Both the position numbers and the translations under genes were made by a program. DNA of 5,698 nucleotides, taken from assembly GCA_054661495.1 (NCBI GenBank), contig BAAFSQ010000473.1, positions 1 through 5,698 of the forward strand, written 5' to 3'. The DNA is from Zygophlyctis sp. KS116. Lineage: Eukaryota; Fungi; Chytridiomycota. Numbering within the stretch: position 1 is the stretch's first letter; every line of letters begins with the position of its first letter. Below, one piece after another: positions 1-5,698 of this stretch. A model generated the notes under the pieces. That model ran no database searches, was not told where the DNA came from, and worked only from the letters and a program-made list of their open reading frames with translations.

Positions 1-26
1 GCTTTAATGTTATGATACAAATAATT

Positions 27-1903
<1,877 letters not shown>

Positions 1904-1972
1904 TTCGCGTTAAACGATTTTGCGCGTCGTGAAAAAGTTACGCGACAGTTCAAGGCCTAGGAGTTTGGACTT
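1904..1972. promoter_or_regulatory. Putative bidirectional promoter with three CGCG-core (MCB/SCB/E2F-like) sites
   Basis: 69 bp between divergent ATGs (1903 minus, 1973 plus). CGCG occurs at 1906, 1923 and 1941; TTTCGCGT at 1903-1910 and ACGCGA at 1940-1945. Confidence 0.65.
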
Positions 1973-3583
1973 ATGGACTGGCGATCATCGTTAACAGCAC
2001 AGGCTAGACAAGAGGTTATACTAAAGCTTATTGAAGTAGTAAAATTAGCCGCCCCCAGTCAAGATCAGGCTAAACTTGCAGAACTGGCTGCAAGCACTGA
2101 ACAGGCAATCTTTGAAAAATCTAAAAATCGGGTATTTTAGCTGATAACTGATTTATAGCAAGAATATATTTTATTTTTACAGCAAAAAATCTCTAATTTA
2201 CAGGCTAAAATTGCAGTGATTCAGAAAAATCAAGGATCGTTTGCATCGCCTTCTCTTTCGAATCAATATCCTAGTAATCCATCATACTTGAATCAATCGA
2301 CATTTGCTCAATCTGCGCCTAGTAAACCACTTTCTCAAGGTGTTGTTCCTCCAGTGATTGCACCAAAATATCAACCCATGACTGGTATTGTACCAGCAAA
2401 TCTAAGAAATATGGTTTTAAATTTACAACAGCAACAGGCTCAAAATATTCAAAATTCTATTAAAAGTCAACAAACAGCACATCAAGCAATTCAAGCCGCT
2501 AAAATTGCACAAAAGACTTTAATGGGGGTTCAAATGCAATCAAATATGACTGCTTTAGCGTCGTCTCCTCCTATTCAAGCGTCAGTTCCAAACTCTATTC
2601 AGGCTTCTAATAATTCTCCTGCAAGCACTAACAGTAATTTTTTAAAGATTTATTGATAGATTCAATGGCTTTTCCTTCACTAAACTTGAGTGATGCTCAA
2701 AGGTCTGAAGTGACTGAAAAATTAAAGCAAATATTACCCCTTTATCAAAAGATTGATCTTATAATAAACTACTTGTCAGCTTCGGAACAACCTTCAAAAA
2801 TTAATATTCAAAAACTTGCTCAATTGGTACGTTTTGACTAGTAATACTTAGAAAACTTTACTCACAGAGCAGTTTAAACATATTAAGAAACGGATTTTCT
2901 TATCTCCAGAAGGCTTGGATAATATCCATGATTTTCTAGTAAAGATGCTTAAAAATGCAGAAGAGTTTCAAAATTCCAAAATCTCTACGCCAAAGCAAAC
3001 TCCTGCACAAACTCCAACCCCCATACAAAAATCTATTAGTCAACCTGAAAGTATTTCAAATGGTTTTAGATATGCGATTGAGCAAGAAATGTCTTTTAAA
3101 AAGTCTTCAAAATCTGATTTTCAAATTGAAATCTCTACAACAAATCCTTATGAATGGGCAAGTGAATTAAAAATGTACGGAATTGAAGATGAAAATCATA
3201 ATTTTACCAAATTATCATCTCAAACCATTTTTCAAGATTATAATATTCTTTTTGGACCATTTGAACTTGTACAGGAAAAGACTGATTTATTTGAACAGGA
3301 TTTGCAATCTATAGACTCTAAAATTTCCAATCTTGAAACTTTAGGCTTTATTATTACCAGATTACAAGATTATAATAATTTCCAAGTTCTTTTAGTAAAG
3401 AATCTTACTGCTGGATGGTCTATAATTGTGCATATATTTGATAATATAATTCAAGAATGGCAATTTCTTGATACCGTGTCTGTCAATCGTGAATCTTTAG
3501 ACGGATACTCAAAGACTCTTGATAGAGATCTATTACAAGGAAAAGGAATTGAAATGATTCAGTTTTTAAAATTTACAAAATAA
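1973..3583 (+). CDS. MED15: Mediator subunit 15 / Gal11-like protein; exons 1973-2131, 2159-2633, 2660-2826, 2852-3583; 510 aa
   Basis: The N-terminus MDWRSSLTAQARQEVILKLIEVVK...LAELAASTEQAIFEKSKNR|QEYILFLQQKI has the three-helix KIX pattern (DWR..R..E..IF....EY). A Q/P/S/N-rich linker follows, then a helical segment LSDAQRSEVTEKLKQILPLYQKIDLII...IQKLAQLKTLLTEQF...FLSPEGLD resembling the fungal Gal11 coactivator domain. The spliced frame (1533 nt) is open. Confidence 0.8.
2132..2158 (+). other. Spliceosomal intron, 27 nt (MED15 intron 1)
   Basis: GTATTT...CTGATTTATAG; 3n length with an in-frame TAG; removal joins KIX helices 2 and 3. Confidence 0.92.
2634..2659 (+). other. Spliceosomal intron, 26 nt (MED15 intron 2)
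   Basis: GTAATT...TTGATAG; links ORFs 2216..2656 and 2653..2841 in frame. Confidence 0.88.
2827..2851 (+). other. Spliceosomal intron, 25 nt (MED15 intron 3)
   Basis: GTACGT...TACTTAG; links to the frame of ORF 2915..3583. Confidence 0.9.
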
Positions 3584-3791
3584 AAAATCCTAAGTATCTG
3601 GAACTAGATCAGACTCTTCATCAGTTGTCTCCTGAATTAGTATTCTAAAAGAAGGTGATTTTTGAAACAGACAAGATTTTAGCAAGTTTCTTTGAGATAT
3701 TCCAGAGGCTTCGACGACGAGATTTTCATTCATTTCAACGTTTATTACTAGGTTATAACTTGGGGTTAGTGTCAAAAGCAGCAGCGAGCGC

Positions 3792-5120
3792 ATGGAAAAT
3801 CAACTTCTTTCAAGTCCGTCATGGACAAGATCAATCACCAGAATTTTAGAAAAATATAGGCAAAAGGCTTTACTATCTCTGCAATCTCTCTGGCAGGAAC
3901 CCCCAGTCTTAAATCTTGATCTCGGTAAGAAACTCATATTAACCTGTCAAGACTCTGTAAAGACAGAATTGAATGGAGAAATATTTCTTACAATGGCTAA
4001 AAATGTGGTTTCTTATACAATGGAATCAGGCGCTCATGCGATCATTGATGATGAATTTGTTTGTTATAATTTAGAATTATGGGTAATAAGCAACATATTT
4101 ATTTAAAGATTCAATCTGATAATTATCAAGGCGCGTATATTGTACTTGTAGTCAGTCGTAGATACTCGGATTTTGAAGCATTATATAATGCATTATTGAA
4201 AATAGTTGCTCAAAATATGCTAATAATTCCAAAATTACCGCCAAAAACTTTATATAGATCAGAGTCTGTAATCAGACAAAGAATGCAAGATTTAGAAGAG
4301 TAACTTTAAAATGTAATTTTTATAGGTTTATCAATCGCGTTTTTGAACATCCCGTATATAGAAACTTGAAATTGATTAATAATTTTCTAACGTTTGGAGC
4401 GATTCAGCAAATAAAGGATTTAGCCGAAATTCCTGATTTGGATCATTACGAAATTAATCTCGACTCTAAGAATTGGGCTCCTGATAATGAATGGTTTGAT
4501 GACCAAGAAGAGGCTTTACCAGTTAATGATTTTATTCACGATTATTATAAATCATTTCATGGTCGGGAGGCAATAGGACAAAGGATAAAGACAAAGCAAA
4601 ATATTTTATGCTTTGAAATTCCAAATCAATTAGTAAAGATGGATAAATCTTTGGCAGGTATGTTTTCTCTATTTTTTTTAGAAATTTAGAATTAGGAAAA
4701 TCTATGCGATTGCTTGGAGAGCATCTCTTCACTTTTGAGAATGCTGATCTTAATCCTTTTAAGGGAATTCCATTCAAGGGAATCGGACTTCGTTTGAAAA
4801 GAATTAGTGATTCATTGAAAAAAGTAATTTAATTAAATTAAAAATAGAAATCAGATAGAGTACAGTCTCTTTCAAAGTCACTCCAGTCCATTGGGAGCAT
4901 TTTACCATCTGCACGACCGCTGATTACCAATTTAAACTCTGATCCAGTGATTTACCAGATAATCAATTCTTCCTTGTACTTTTTAGATGAATCTATGAAT
5001 TTAAGAGTAGCTTATTCTTTGAAATTATGGATTGAAGAATCTGTAAATATGTACCAAGAAATTTTAGATCAGCTGAAAGACACTCAAAAACTTGTGACTC
5101 AAAACTTAACACTGGAGTAA
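3792..5120 (+). CDS. Sorting nexin-like protein (PX domain plus probable BAR domain); exons 3792-3924, 3952-4082, 4109-4299, 4326-4657, 4690-4823, 4848-5120; about 397 aa
   Basis: PX motifs FVCYNLEL, VSRRYSDFEALYNAL, IPKLPPK and IRQRMQDLEEFINRVFEHPVY...INNFL are present. The amphipathic helical C-terminal half (LAELGKSMRLLG; FKGIGLRLKRISDSL) is consistent with a BAR domain. The start codon and the BAR call are less certain than the PX domain. Confidence 0.85.
3925..3951 (+). other. Probable spliceosomal intron, 27 nt, in frame with no stop (SNX intron 1)
   Basis: GTAAGA donor, TTAAC branch-like motif, CAAG end and typical length. It is not required to keep the frame open. Confidence 0.65.
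4083..4108 (+). other. Spliceosomal intron, 26 nt (SNX intron 2)
   Basis: GTAATA...TTTAAAG; joins YNLELW|IQSD into the RRYSDF frame. Confidence 0.9.
4300..4325 (+). other. Spliceosomal intron, 26 nt (SNX intron 3)
   Basis: GTAACT...TTTATAG; restores the PX helix DLEE-FINRVFEHP. Confidence 0.93.
4658..4689 (+). other. Spliceosomal intron, 32 nt (SNX intron 4; acceptor ambiguous)
   Basis: GTATGT donor. The AG ending at 4689 (or at 4695) keeps the frame, and 4689 gives LAELGKSM; the AG ending at 4681 gives an immediate stop. Confidence 0.8.
4824..4847 (+). other. Spliceosomal intron, 24 nt (SNX intron 5)
   Basis: GTAATTTAATTAAATTAAAAATAG; 3n length with an in-frame TAA; followed by a 91-codon open exon. 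Confidence 0.87.
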
Positions 5121-5301
5121 AGACCCAAAACTAGACATAGCACTGGAACCGTACACTACCCCTGATTACATGGATAGTTGAGCATCTGAACACTTGATCT
5201 GATGAATGCCTCGAGGTTCTTAGGATTGCAAGAATATGAATTGGTTGTTTGCAAAGAATAGAAAAAAAAACAGAATTTGTTGCAATTTATTTTTTGACTT
5301 C

Positions 5302-5311
5302 AAAATTTTCA
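5302..5311 (-). promoter_or_regulatory. RRPE-like element (TGAAAATTTT) upstream of MPP10
   Basis: AAAATTTTCA on the plus strand matches the yeast ribosome-biogenesis RRPE motif and sits upstream of a ribosome-biogenesis gene. The AT-rich background makes a chance match possible. Confidence 0.35.
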
Positions 5312-5325
5312 TTTCCACTCTTCTG

Positions 5326-5698
5326 ATGCCGTCTATTCTAATCAATGACGATAAATGTCCAGTAACCAAAGAGTACATCCATGAGATACTAAAATCACCG
5401 GAATCAGTTCTACAGTCTGATGCATCAGTTGCTGATAAGATTTTAAATGTTTCTAAATGGCTGTTTGATAAGAGTAATTGGTTTTTTTATCTAATGCATT
5501 AGGTAAAAAGTATGGGGAATCATTCTCTCCTCTTCCTGAACTTATGATTGATGGATTCGATGAGAATCAGATATGGGAACAAATGCTTTTGGAGTTTGGA
5601 CCCAAATTGGCCTTTTTTGAGAATCTTATTGCCGATGCCGAGAAGGAAATGCAAAAAGAGATGTCCGATGATAATGAAGAAGAAGAAGAAGTTCTAGA
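5326..5698 (+). CDS. MPP10: U3 snoRNP / SSU processome protein Mpp10, 5' part (exons 5326-5473 and 5503-beyond window end)
   Basis: Spliced translation MPSILIND...SPESVL...VSKWLFDKS-KKYGESFSPLPELMIDGFDENQIWEQMLLE, then the start of an acidic tract (SDDNEEEEE). PL.EL.IDGFD..QIWEQ is the characteristic Mpp10 N-terminal motif. Confidence 0.9.
5474..5502 (+). other. Spliceosomal intron, 29 nt (MPP10 intron 1)
   Basis: GTAATT...CTAATGCATTAG; joins to the frame encoding the QIWEQ motif. Confidence 0.93.

Noticed and set aside
2955-3170. 71-aa plus-strand ORF
   Set aside because: Out-of-frame overlap inside MED15 exon 4 with no recognisable features.
3562-3594. Possible 33-nt terminal MED15 intron giving ..EMIHIWN*
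   Set aside because: The donor is GTT whereas all 14 other donors are GTA, and it is not needed for the frame.
3606-3622. Minus-strand CTGATGA...CTGA resembling a hammerhead core or C/D boxes
   Set aside because: No stem II followed by GAAA, and the boxes are only 5 nt apart.
3655-3849. 64-aa plus-strand ORF upstream of and overlapping SNX
   Set aside because: GTG start, overlaps the SNX start out of frame, and no convincing GTA..AG intron links it to SNX.
4532-4777. 81-aa minus-strand ORF
   Set aside because: Antisense to the sorting nexin and spans its intron; no motif.
5199-5235. CTGATGA...GAAT hammerhead-like core
   Set aside because: GAAT rather than GAAA, stem II closing pair mismatched, and no stems I/III.
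5236-5325. N-terminal extension of MPP10 from ATG 5236 as given in the ORF track
   Set aside because: It runs through A9 and T-rich tracts typical of promoter DNA. ATG 5326 gives a plausible Mpp10 N-terminus, though the extension is not formally excluded.
5676-5690. (GAA)5 repeat
   Set aside because: Simply encodes the Mpp10 acidic tract.

Overview
AT-rich, very gene-dense eukaryotic DNA read with the standard genetic code. The gene content looks fungal, and an early-diverging lineage such as a chytrid is my inference. The fragmented ORF track is explained by 14 tiny GT-AG spliceosomal introns of 24-32 nt. Removing them by hand gives four genes: (1) a class-2 DYRK kinase on the minus strand (27..1903, 6 exons, 580 aa); (2) a Mediator Med15/Gal11-like protein with a KIX domain (1973..3583, 4 exons, 510 aa), head-to-head with the kinase across a 69-bp CGCG-rich spacer; (3) a PX-BAR-type sorting nexin (3792..5120, 6 exons, about 397 aa); (4) the 5' part of U3 snoRNP protein Mpp10 (5326..beyond the window). 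The strongest unusual feature is the miniature-intron system with degenerate splice signals. Other leads are the bidirectional promoter, a ~31-aa insert in the kinase domain and two ambiguous splice events. A GC-rich intergenic island with partial U2 snRNA resemblance is a speculative lead.
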